Shown here one piece after another: positions 42,409 through 53,300 of a stretch of DNA of 64,000 bases (position 1 is the stretch's first letter; every line of letters starts with the position of its first letter). Position numbers and translations under genes: made by a program. Origin of the DNA: Octopus sinensis (lineage: Eukaryota); assembly GCF_006345805.1 (NCBI RefSeq), contig NC_043000.1, positions 78,058,001 to 78,122,000 of the forward strand, in the 5' to 3' direction. Below the pieces are notes generated by a model. That model ran no database searches, was not told where the DNA came from, and saw nothing but the letters and a program-made list of their open reading frames with translations.

Positions 42409-43195
42409 GTGGAGTGAATTTTAGGGCTTATAAATCTAATATTCTCCTATCCTTCCTTAATATCGGTTCCCATATGCTGTTCATATCTGCACTCGGTCTG
42501 TTTAGGAGGTTGTTGTGTCCTAGCATATGTGCTGCTTCTTTTAGTTTTTGTATTTTCCAGTGGTGTTCTCTGTCTATTATTGTAACTTCATCCCACTGGG
42601 GGAGGTGGTCTTCATTTTTCCATACATGATCAGCTATACCCGATTTATCAATATCTCCCCGTGTCATAGCTTTGTGATGTTCCTCTACCCTTATTTTGAA
42701 GGGGTGGCATGTTTCGCCTTTGTATAACCTACCACAGATGCATAGGATGGAGTACACGCAGTGTTTGGTCATATTCTCTTCTATTAGTGGTTTTACTCGG
42801 AGATATTTGCGAAGTGTTGTATTACTTTTGAATACTGTCCTGATGTCATATGGGCCGCATATCTTTTGTATCTTTTCGGAGAGGCCTTTCACATAGGGTA
42901 GACAGACTGTGGACAGTTTATCGGTTTATACCTTTGGGGTAGTTGTTGTTTAATAGATTGTTACTGAGCTTGATCATTTATTCGTGGTGGGTATCACGAT
43001 CGCTACTTATATTAATTGTTCGATGCTTTAGGCACTGAGCAATCCCTCTCTTTACACTGTATGGATGGTGGGAGTTGAAGATGAGCTATCGTCCAGTGAA
43101 CGTCGGCTTGCGGTATACGGATGTTCTGAATCCATACATGGTGCATGTTATTAATACGTTTGGAATGAGAACCCAGGTTCGAACTTTCCCCCAAG

Positions 43196-43239
43196 ACACC
43201 TGAAGAAGGCAAGAGGGTATATCAGCCGAAACATTGTGT
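43196..43239 (+). ncRNA. Minimal hammerhead motif in inverted pLTR
   Basis: ACAC-CUGAAGA-aGGC...GCC-GAAA-CA-UU-GUGU. Palindrome broken by a probable CpG transition. Confidence 0.65.
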
Positions 43240-44069
43240 TAACAACAAACAAAATGAGGACAAATGTAAATAATGTAAATAATGTAAGTAGGGCATTTAA
43301 GAAAATCCTGGACACAAATTGCCTTTAGATCAAAGTTGTAGAAAAGACAGGTAGGACTATCCAATCTGTATTAAGTAAATCATACCCATTTGAAAGAATT
43401 ACGTGCAGTATGTTCTACAATCCCACATATGAACTGCGAAAAGAAAAAACACTGTATACCAGATTAAGTGCGAAGAAGGGACTCGAGCGATTGGTGAGAT
43501 TTCTAGGAGCATCAATGACAGGTTCAAAGAACAGCTGGACAACTACATTGAAAAAAAAATCCGAAGTCCATCTTCTATCAGTATGCTGTAGACTACAACA
43601 ATGGCTCCATAGGGAGTCATGGGTTAGATATCTTATTTACACATCTCACTGATGTAATGCTGAAACAAGTCACTAAAGCTGTCTGTATACAGGAATACAA
43701 ACCCATCATCAACCGTAAATCCGAAAGGGGTAACACCCAGATTTCACTTGGGAGTACCCATCTATAATCACCCTTTTCTCTCATTTACATGTAGAAATCC
43801 ATACATACATGTTGAGATACATGATGCTGAAATACATATATGTAGTTATATATATAATCGTATGAGTGTACGTTTGTTTAGATGTATGTGTGTGTGTGCG
43901 TGGGTGTGTATGTGGTGTGTGTTGTGTGAGTATATGTGTGTATGAGTGTGCACATGCATGCACGTATGAGCATGTGCGTAGATATATGTATATGTTATGT
44001 GTGTGTGTCTGTGTGTGTGTGCACATATGTAAGTAAATAAAGAAACAAATTTGAATTTTAACCGTTGTC

Positions 44070-44388
44070 CACGAAAATTATTTTTATTATTTATGCGCCC
44101 TTTTCAAACCTAGCCAGGCTCATGGGTCCGGTTTGCCGGTTTCTGTGGCGTATGTGTTCCCCCCAGCTGGACGGGACGTCAGTCCATCGCAGCGTTACTC
44201 AAGAAACAGGTAGAGAGAGTGAGAGAAAGTTGGGGCAAAAGAGTACAACAGGGATCGCCATCACCCCCTGCCGGAGCCTCGTGGAGCTTTAGGTGTTTTA
44301 TATTTTCGCTTAATAAACATACACAACGCCCGCTCTGGGAATTGAAACCGCGAGTCCGCTGCCCTAACCACTGGGCCATTGCACCTCC
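44070..44388 (-). mobile_element. tRNA(Arg)-like-headed SINE, body type 1
   Basis: Head gcaatggcccagtggttagggcagcggactcgcgg; body gatggactgacgtcccgtccag...gaaaccgg. Confidence 0.8.
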
Positions 44389-45174
44389 TGTTTACGAAAA
44401 TAGTGACATATATAAATATGTGTAGATGGATAATCGTATACATGTGTGTACGATTATCCATGTGTTTAAGATTATACCTATATATGTGAATGGGTTTCTA
44501 TGATTGTGTGTGCGTGTATATATGTATAGGTAGGTTTATATTTGCATGTATGTATCTAAGACATTGTAGCCATCCATCGTGAATGGAGGGACACACGCAC
44601 ACACTTAAACATATATATGTGTGTATGTATGTGTGTCTGTGTGTGTGTGTGTGTACAACCTTCGACAGAGTAACAGTCATGTATACAACTTGAAGAGACA
44701 CACATATCAGTATATATACATACATTCACATATACATACACAAGTACACACACACACACAGACACGTCTACACAGTTACATACCAAAATACTCACATACA
44801 ACCGTACATACAGACATACACACATACATACGTATAGGCATGCATCCATACATACGCATGCACACATGCATACGCGCATACATACATACATACATACATA
44901 CATACATACATACATACATACATACATACATACATACATGCATACATACATACATACATACATACATACATGCATGCATGCATACGTAGATACATGCGTA
45001 TATATTATGAACTACTTTCTGAGATGCAGCACGGAATTTTGTCAGTGAACAGGTCGTGGTCTCAAAGCGACGAAAATATTTTGGCAAATTAAATTTAAAT
45101 ATTAAAGTGAATCTAAAGGTTTTTGCGTGTTTTTAATTACTTATAAACACCTACCACGCTGAAATTGTATATAT

Positions 45175-45220
<46 letters not shown>

Positions 45221-45399
45221 TATATATATATAATAGTTATCGCCATACTAATATGGCATTCTTATAAAAATAAGAATAAAGCTGTCCGCTTATTAGCTCC
45301 ATGAGGCCATCGCCTTAAGTTAGCTATTTGATACACAAACTGTATCCATATAACCTTCGAACAAGGGAGGTCAGTCGCTCCACACTACTTGACCGGCAG

Positions 45400-45439
45400 C
45401 TACAGACGCGTTTCGGGGTATTGCCCCTTTTCAATGCAG
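45400..45439 (-). ncRNA. Type I hammerhead, U3-A8 core (array copy 1)
   Basis: CUGCA-UUGAAAA-GGGG(caaua)CCCC-GAAA-CGCG-UC-UGUAG. Confidence 0.8.
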
Positions 45440-45761
45440 CGTAGCCAGACCAGTAGGTGTCGCTTCTGACAATCTCTGTTCGAAGGTTTTATTTACCTAG
45501 CTTCGGTGGAATACATCCACTTGTTTTCAATAATAGAAATATTAAAATTACTAAGTCTCTCTAAAAGAGAACAACGGCAGCGTTTCCGGAAAATATAGTT
45601 ATCGCCATACTAATATGGCATTCTTATAAAAATAAGAATAAAGCTGTCCGCTTATTAGCTCCATGAGGCCATCGCCTTAAGTTAGCTATTTGATACACAA
45701 ACTGTATCCATATAACCTTCGAACAAGGGAGGTCAGTCGCTCCACACTACTTGACCGGCAG

Positions 45762-45801
45762 CTACAGACGCGTTTCGGGGTATTGCCCCTTTTCAATGCA
45801 G
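45762..45801 (-). ncRNA. Type I hammerhead, U3-A8 core (array copy 2)
   Basis: Identical motif, 362 bp from copy 1. Confidence 0.8.
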
Positions 45802-46124
45802 CGTAGCCAGACCAGTAGGTGTCGCTTCTGACAATCTCTGTTCGAAGGTTTTATTTACCTAGCTTCGGTGGAATACATCCACTTGTTTTCAATAATAGAA
45901 ATATTAAAATTACTAAGTCTCTCTAAAAGAGAACAACGGCAGCGTTTCCGGAAAATAATAGTTATCGCCATACTAATATGGCATTCTTATAAAAATAAGA
46001 ATAAAGCTGTCCGCTTATTAGCTCCATGAGGCCATCGCCTTAAGTTAGCTATTTGATACACAAACTGTATCCATATAACCTTCGAACAAGGGAGGTCAGT
46101 CGCTCTACACTACTTGACCGGCAG

Positions 46125-46164
46125 CTACAGACGCGTTTCGGGGTATTGCCCCTTTTCAATGCAG
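46125..46164 (-). ncRNA. Type I hammerhead, U3-A8 core (array copy 3)
   Basis: Identical motif, 363 bp from copy 2. Confidence 0.8.
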
Positions 46165-46374
46165 CGTAGCTTTATTCTTATTTTTATAAGAATGCCATAT
46201 TAGTATGGCGATAACTATTATTTTCCGGAAACGCTGCCGTTGTTCTCTTTTAGAGAGACTTAGTAATTTTAATATTTCTATTATTGAAAACAAGTGGATG
46301 TATTCCACCGAAGCTAGGTAAATAAAACCTTCGAACAGAGATTGTCAGAAGCGACACCTACTGGTCTGGCTACG

Positions 46375-46414
46375 CTGCATTGAAAAGGGGCAATACCCCG
46401 AAACGCGTCTGTAG
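46375..46414 (+). ncRNA. Type I hammerhead, U3-A8 core (inverted array copy 4)
   Basis: ctgca TTGAAAA gggg caata cccc GAAA cgcg TC tgtag; GTC at 46407-46409. Confidence 0.8.
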
Positions 46415-46694
46415 ATGCCGGTCAAGTAGTGTGGAGCGACTGACCTCCCTTGTTCGCAGGTTATATGGATACAGTTTGTGTATCAAATAGCTAACTTAAG
46501 GCGATGGCCTCATGGAGCTAATAAGCGGACAGCTTTATTCTTATTTTTATAAGAATATCATATTAGTATGGCGATAACTATTATTTTCCGGAAACGCTGC
46601 CGTTGTTCTCTTTTAGAGAGACTTAGTAATTTTAATATTTCTATTATATATATATATATATATATATATTTATTATTATATATATATATATATT

Positions 46695-46760
<66 letters not shown>

Positions 46761-46949
46761 TAGATAGATAGATAGATAGATAGATATAGATATAGATATA
46801 GATATATATACGGGTGTGTGTGATTGTGTATAGAATAATATATTAATTAAAGGAATTCCAACCTTGTCTGATTTTCACGTTTTATTTACAATCTTATAAT
46901 GATATAATAAGATAAAATAAAATAATAGAATTTAAATGTTCATTCTGAT

Positions 46950-46994
46950 TGAACTAGTACTTTCATGCATTGAATTATGCAATCTTCATGTTCA
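46950..46994 (-). ncRNA. Minimal hammerhead motif, C3 mutated (solo pLTR-like)
   Basis: UGAAC-AUGAAGA-u-UGCAU(aauuca)AUGCA-u-GAAA-GUAC-UA-GUUCA. Confidence 0.65.
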
Positions 46995-47185
46995 TGTAGT
47001 AGTGGTGACAGTCATGCTTCACAATTTTTGACTGTAGCGCGATGGTTAAATCTGTGCATTAAATACACCTGCGTGGGCTCCAGATTGCTAGGTTTTGCAA
47101 ACTGTATTCTGACCAATCAGTGTGTAGCGTCACTCAATTACTTAAGCTGATTGGTTGGTTTAGGTGTCATGCTTTATATATACAT

Positions 47186-47496
47186 GTGGAGGCGCAATGG
47201 CCCAGTGGTTAGGGCAGCGGACTCACGGTCGTAGGATCGCGGTATCGATTCCCAGACCGGGTGTTGTGAGTGTTTATTGAGCGAAAACACCTAAAGCTCC
47301 ACGAGGCTCCGGCAGGGGGTGGTGGTGATCCCTGCCGTACTCTTTCGCTGCAACTTTCTCTCACTCTTTCTTCTGTTGGCCTGCTCGCTTAGCCAGCGGG
47401 GTGGCGTCATTTGAAGGCTAAAACAATGCGAAGCGCATTGTGACCAGCGGTGTGTAGCAACATCTGATAGCCTGGTCGGTCACGTGATCACGTGAT
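47186..47496 (+). mobile_element. tRNA(Arg)-like-headed SINE, body type 2
   Basis: Same head as 44070-44388, different body (gccagcggggtggcgtcatttgaaggc...cacgtgatcacgtgat). Confidence 0.8.
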
Positions 47497-48677
47497 ATAT
47501 ATATATATATACATATATATTCAAAATCAACGTCGAAAATAAGTGTATATATCAATGAGAGATTAGCAATGTAGAGCTGTCTGCAACGTTTCGAATTTAA
47601 GCGCTACTTTAGAAAGTTAGTAAAAAATGTAGTGGAAAGAAAGGGAGAAAACGGGATTAAAAGATATACATGTGTTGGTCAGGTTCTATTGAAAATGATA
47701 GATTCGAATAGCTGGAAGAGATAGAGTTATGTTTCACATGAACGAGATCAATGGGGTAGAAAACTACAGATACATACATACATAAATCATGAAAGTACGT
47801 ATCTGTGTAGCATTAAGAGGAGGTAACTGTGAAGAGTATAGATTATGTGTGCTTATGTATATGACTGTGTACGTGGGTATGTATTTGGGTGTGCTAATAA
47901 GCCGCATGTTTTGTACTTCTTCCAATGTTAGTGTGAACTGGAGTAGTACCTGTAGTTGTCCTGGGACAACTTCTATGTGCTTGTCTGCGTGTGTGTGTGT
48001 GTGTGTCTGTGTATGTGATTGTGTATAATATAGCAGAGAAGAGGAGTAAAGAGCGATTAGAAGGTAAATATTAGAGAAATTAGATAGAAAGAAAGAGATC
48101 AAGTGTAAAGGGTAAGTTTCTTCTACTGTAGTCCCCTATTGACTATTAACTTATGACAGAACGATAAAATCAGTAATGAAATGCAATATGTACTAGGATC
48201 GATATAATCGATTAAAACTTTGAATATGGTACCCAGAATGGCCAGAATCCAGTAACTGAAATCAGTAAAAAACAATAAACAAACAAGCAAACGAAAAAGA
48301 CGATAAAAAATAGTTCAATGTTGCTTTATCATTTCCTGGTTATTGTTTACGCTACGGTTGAGTGCAAGATGCCAACTTATGTTATAATCTGTTGAATCTT
48401 TTCACTGGCCTTGATTATATCATTACAAGAACTATGTCAGGTGATCATGTTTACATACAGGTCAGTTTCACATAAACAAACAAACAATACAGCCATTGGT
48501 ACATAATAGCGAAACTCTAGACAGCTGATAAATCTGCTAGAAATACCAGCCAAATCTCCTTCAAGACATGCCCTACCATATTAGATGATATAGTCTTGGA
48601 TATGTTATGCCTGATAAAATGGGATGGGCTTGATTGAAATGTCTTTTATGAAAGATCTTATCAATCACGGCTGATAT

Positions 48678-50621
48678 CACTGTGCAACACTCAAAAAGTA
48701 CAAGAGATCTGATGCCATCTTTATATGCCAAGGGAAATCCATTTCTGGCCTTCGTGTTGTTGAATTAGGCATGGTTTCTACAGAATTGTCACTGTATACC
48801 CTTTTTGTCATTATTATTAAATAAAATTCTCTACCGCATTGTAAAATGGGTTTCAGACCAGTCTTATTAACACCTACAATGTGATTCAAAGTTTGTGTTT
48901 AATGTTTTTTTTATCTTTCAGATCTTATTTGTTTTCAACAATGAGTGTAAGACAGTGCAAAAATGATCCAAACAGATTCTGTTATATCTGTGGGGAATTG
49001 ACTTTTGCTATTTACACACCATATCAAGAAAGTATACAAGGCGTACTTCGATTGTTACTTGGGATACCAGGATAAGTCGTGGGCTCCTCATGTGTGTTGC
49101 CTTACATGTGTGAAGACATTGAGTGCCTGATATGCAGGAAAAAATGTTCACATGAAATTTGGTGTGCCATTGATTTGGCGTGAAAAAGTAACACATTGTT
49201 TGCCCAAATTTCCAATCAGCAATGCGCCCAGTAGAGCACTCAGAAAATTTACCTCTGCCCAAACCTCCATATCAAGAAATGCAGAGTTCCAACAGTGCTT
49301 ATGATCATTCCAGTGGTGAATGTGTGGATCCCAATGATCCAGAAAGCGAGAATAAACCAATATCATTTTCTCAAGAGGCTCTAAATGACTTGTAATGACA
49401 TCATTGAACTTTTTGATCAACTGGAAATACCACATGATAAAACCAACTGGCGACTTTTCATAGATGCATCCAAGGACAGCATCAAAGCTGTTCTGCTACA
49501 CAATGGTGACACTCTGCCTTCTGTTCCCATAGCTTATAACACAACCATGAAAGAATCATATGAAAATCTGAAAGCAATTCTAACAAGCATACAGTATGAT
49601 GACCATAACTGGCATATTTGTGCAGATTTTAAGGTTGTGACCATGCTTACTGACCTTCAGCTTGATTATACTAAATTTTGCTGTTTCCTGTGCTTATGGA
49701 ATTCCTGAGCAAGAGCTGAACATTATGTGCGCAAGGATTGGCCGATCCGAGATGAAATTGAGCAAGGAAAACAGCATAATGCACAAATCACTTGTGAAAA
49801 GTGATATAATTTTTTCACCACCTTTGCATATTAAACTTGGTTTGTTTAAGCAATTTGTGAAAGACTTGGACAAGGAATCGTCCGCATTTGCATATCTTGC
49901 AAAAAAGTTCCCTTCCCTGAGTCAAGCTAAAATTAAAGAAGGTTTCTTCATAGGTCCCCAAATTCGAAAATTGTACTTGATGAAACCTTCATCACATATC
50001 TCAAGAGAAAAGAGAAGCTTGCTTTTAAATCAATCAAGAAAGTTTGCGATAACTTCCTGGGCAACCATTGTTCAGAAGACTATGTGCAAGTTGTGAATGA
50101 TCTGCTGAGTCATTATCATGATATGGGATGTAACATGTCTCTAAATGTTCATGTACTTCACTCTCATTTAGACTTCTGTGCGGAAAATTTTGGTGATGTG
50201 AGTGATGAACATGGCGAAAGATTCCATCAGGATATTTCAGCGATGATTCAAAGGAAAATGGTACCCTGCCATGTTGGCAGACTACTGCTGGGGTATAAAA
50301 AAAGATCACACTCCGCACAAGAAGCTTAGAAGGACAAATGTTGTTTAAACTGACAGGTGTGCTTTTAATTCATAAGCAATATATGTTTTGTTATACCAAC
50401 TAAATTTTTGTTTTGTTTTTTATATCTTTAAGTATTTGCAGTGTTGTGTTCAATACGCAATATTATGCAGTATATTATAAAACATATGGATCAAAGTACA
50501 GGAAAACAGTGCCTAATCTGGAGAAATAAAGGTCAGAATCAGAATCAGGATAATTCTTTGACCCAGAAACAAGTCATACTTAACTTGTACTTTTTTTTAA
50601 CCTGAAATTTGTTGCACAGTG
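48678..50621 (+). mobile_element. Full-length Chapaev3-type (CMC superfamily) DNA transposon with decayed transposase
   Basis: TIRs CACTGTGCAACA / TGTTGCACAGTG, subterminal AAAAAGTACAAG, and a 3-bp TSD (TAT) on both sides. Confidence 0.88.
48941..50329 (+). pseudogene. Chapaev3-type transposase pseudogene
   Basis: MSVRQCKNDPNRFCYICGE, QDKSWAPHVCC, WRLFIDASK..KAVLLHNG, ICADFK, YTKFCCFLCLW, PPLHIKLGLFKQFVK, CNMSLNVH.LHSHLDF...SDEHGERFHQDI. Frameshifts and stops present. Confidence 0.88.
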
Positions 50622-51660
50622 TATTCAGCAACAACATTAAAAATTCAGATAACTTTTGTTATTCAAAGTAGGTAGGTTATCAAGAAAATATTTTATCGGT
50701 AATAAGTTCTAACAGGATGGTTAAATTTAGCATCCCTAAAATATTCATGCTATCGTAGAAGGAACACATTTGAATCTTTAAAAAGTGCTTTGCCATTCAA
50801 CGCCCTAATGGAAGCACAGAAGGTTAAAGTAGATTATATTAGAGTCTAATATAATCTTATAATTAATCTAATTATAATTAAACCAATATATTTTTATTTT
50901 CACAATGTCGCTTACATAGGTTTCTTTGCAGAAATATTAAGTTTTACGTAAGCATATTTTATTTTAATATATATGCTTGAATTGTTCTTTCCATTCAGTT
51001 AAGCTACTTTATCCCGTTTATCGAGTACTTATACTAACATAGCTTCTTTTAGCCTATATTTCTGGTGAGCTTTTTTTTAATAATTATAAATGTGTGTGTA
51101 GGTGTATACATATGTGTGCGTGTATTTGTGCATGTGTGTTTGTGTGTGGGTAATTGTGTAAATAAATTCACATTCGTAACTCGCTGTGTGAATGCGAATC
51201 TATTTGTATAGCTAGGTTAGATTTGTTTACAGAAGCTCCACAAAAATGTGTTGTCAACTACATCTTCACAGTTCTGTACATTGATTGACAGTCCTTTCTG
51301 ATTGTGGTTTGTGCTAAGGACTGCTTTCCAGTGCACAGCTCACCAGAGAACAGCTGCTTTAGAATTTTATTATCTTCCAAACGCATAACATGGCCTGTTG
51401 GAAGTATGAAATGTGTAGCCGTGTACTCATTTCAAAGGTTGGGCACGTCAACTGTCCCATGATAGAGCAGCAACGCTCTTCCACCTATACGGGTTGATAT
51501 GGCTTGTTTGCGTGTGAAAGAACTTGCAAATCGGTTTCGAATCTGAACTGATATATGGCGGTTCAAAGAGATCATATCTTACAAATTGATCCGATCAATC
51601 CAGTAGAACTTTGCACTTTTGTCTGTCAGCTGTGCTTCAAACCATGCAGATATGTGTTTA

Positions 51661-51715
<55 letters not shown>

Positions 51716-51725
51716 ATATATATAT

Positions 51726-51758
<33 letters not shown>

Positions 51759-52012
51759 ATATATATATATATATATTATATATATCTAACTATCTATCTA
51801 TATAACTAACTAACTAAGTAACTAGCCAACTAACTAACTAATTAATTATCACTATTTTATTTTTCTTATTTTTCTTTGATTTACTACTAAATCCATGTAG
51901 ACAGTTGCCCATACATTGCAACGGCTCAACAGCTTAAACCTACGGTCACTGACAACAAACTGTATTAAAACCGAGCGAAACAGATTTATTTAACAAGATA
52001 CCCCTAATAACA

Positions 52013-52094
52013 TCACCTGACGAGACGCTTCTGCACCGAGGGATGTACCATAACCAAGGGATCGATACAGGGTGGGTCGAAACGATCGTTGTGA
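52013..52094 (+). ncRNA. Type I hammerhead with long stem II insertion, followed by AATAAA (solo pLTR-like)
   Basis: UCAC-CUGACGA-GAC(49 nt)GUC-GAAA-CGAUCG-UU-GUGA; AATAAA at 52097-52102. Confidence 0.75.
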
Positions 52095-52149
52095 GCAATA
52101 AAGTTTCTCGTGTATTCCATTTTCTCTCTATACCATTTGCTAAATATAT

Positions 52150-52562
52150 ATAGTAGCATGCTTACCAACTACATGGTTCCGGGTTCATTCCCATTGCGTG
52201 GCACCTTGGGCAAGTGTCTTCTAATCTAGCCTCGGGCTGACCAAAGCTTTGTAAATGGATTTGGTAGACGGAAACTGAAAGAAGCTCGTCGTTTATATGT
52301 ATATATATATGTATGTGTATGTATGTGTATGTATATATTTATGTATTTGTGTTTGTTCCCCCCATCATCGCTTGACAACCGATGCTGGTGTGTTCATGTC
52401 TCTGTAAAAGAAACCGATAGAATCGGCAAAAGAAGCCGATGGAATAAGTACTAGGCTTCCAAAGAATAAGTTCTGGGCTCGATTTGCTCAACTAAAGGCG
52501 GTGCTCCAGCATGGCCGCAGTCAAATGACTGAAACAAGTAAAAGAGTAAAAGAGTAAAGAGT
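52150..52562 (+). mobile_element. SINE family A, near full-length
   Basis: Colinear with 14257-14630, including the GTAAAAGA tail. Confidence 0.85.
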
Positions 52563-52592
52563 ATATATATATATACACGTATGTATGTATTT

Positions 52593-52673
<81 letters not shown>

Positions 52674-53300
52674 CGTGCGTGTGTGTATATAATATTCACT
52701 CTACAGCAGATCTCTGAGAAATCGTGGGAACATTGCCAAGAGGTGCACGCCTGCATTGTAGAACTCGAAAAGGCAGATGACTGTGTGAAGCGAGACATAC
52801 TGTAAAGAGTTTTGTATGGGTTTGGGGAAACTTCTGATTAGCTATACGTTAGAACTGTAGTTATATCCTTGGTAAAAAAAAATAAAATCTATTTCAATTA
52901 CATCATTTAATCAAAATTTCTCTTTTACTAACGAAATGTCAAAGATCCTTTCGGCTTAGACAAATACATTTGTGTTTTCTTTCCATTATTGTCAAATATT
53001 ATGAGTGGTATGTAGCACAAATAAAATGCAATAATATTTCAATATTGTGTTTCCTTTTTTCTCTCTTTTTTTATATATTACACTTAGTACTTTAAAAATC
53101 AATTCACCAACTTGTTTTCCAATTGCGGAATTCAGAGAATTCATTGACTAAAGCATGTGTATTATTGTATTAACTTTAGATTTAAGGCTTTTGGTGCAAG
53201 CTTCCTTAACATCAGACCAGCAAGATAAAATATCGGCAATTGGCACATTGTGTAAATAAATTCACATTCGTAACTCACAATGTGAATGCAAATCTATTTG

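Larger units (their letters stand above)
42143..43287 (-). mobile_element. 5'-truncated Penelope/Poseidon-type PLE with 3' pLTR and inverted pLTR at the 5' junction
   Basis: SVYRKPTFTG...SHHPYSVKRGIAQCLKHR and LPYVKGLSEKI...CVYSILCICGRLYKGET...RVEEH...SGIADH (GIY-YIG; ORF 42428-42892). pLTR sequence at 42143-42275 (-) is repeated inverted at ~43160-43287 (+). Confidence 0.9.
40900..43745 (+). mobile_element. Degraded PLE (RT + C-terminal GIY-YIG; WWD-type RT, possibly Nematis-like), interrupted by a second PLE
   Basis: GSMDVVSLYPSI, YKQMKGGAI..ANLFMVWWD, PRYIDD, RLPVLD, HYCKPMA (40983-41758). EN remnant NCEKKNTVYQIKC...IGEISRS after 43290. Confidence 0.85.
45232..46646. mobile_element. Retrozyme-like ORF-less array: ~2.6 direct units of 362/363 bp plus ~1.3 inverted units, flanked by (TA)n
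   Basis: Units start ~45234, ~45595 and ~45957. Orientation switches at AGC microhomology (46168-46170). One HHR per unit. Confidence 0.85.

Noticed and set aside
45232-46646. CRISPR-like or satellite interpretation of the tandem array
   Set aside because: The units are identical over their full 362 bp with no unique spacers, the DNA is eukaryotic, and the HHR and inversion explain the structure better.
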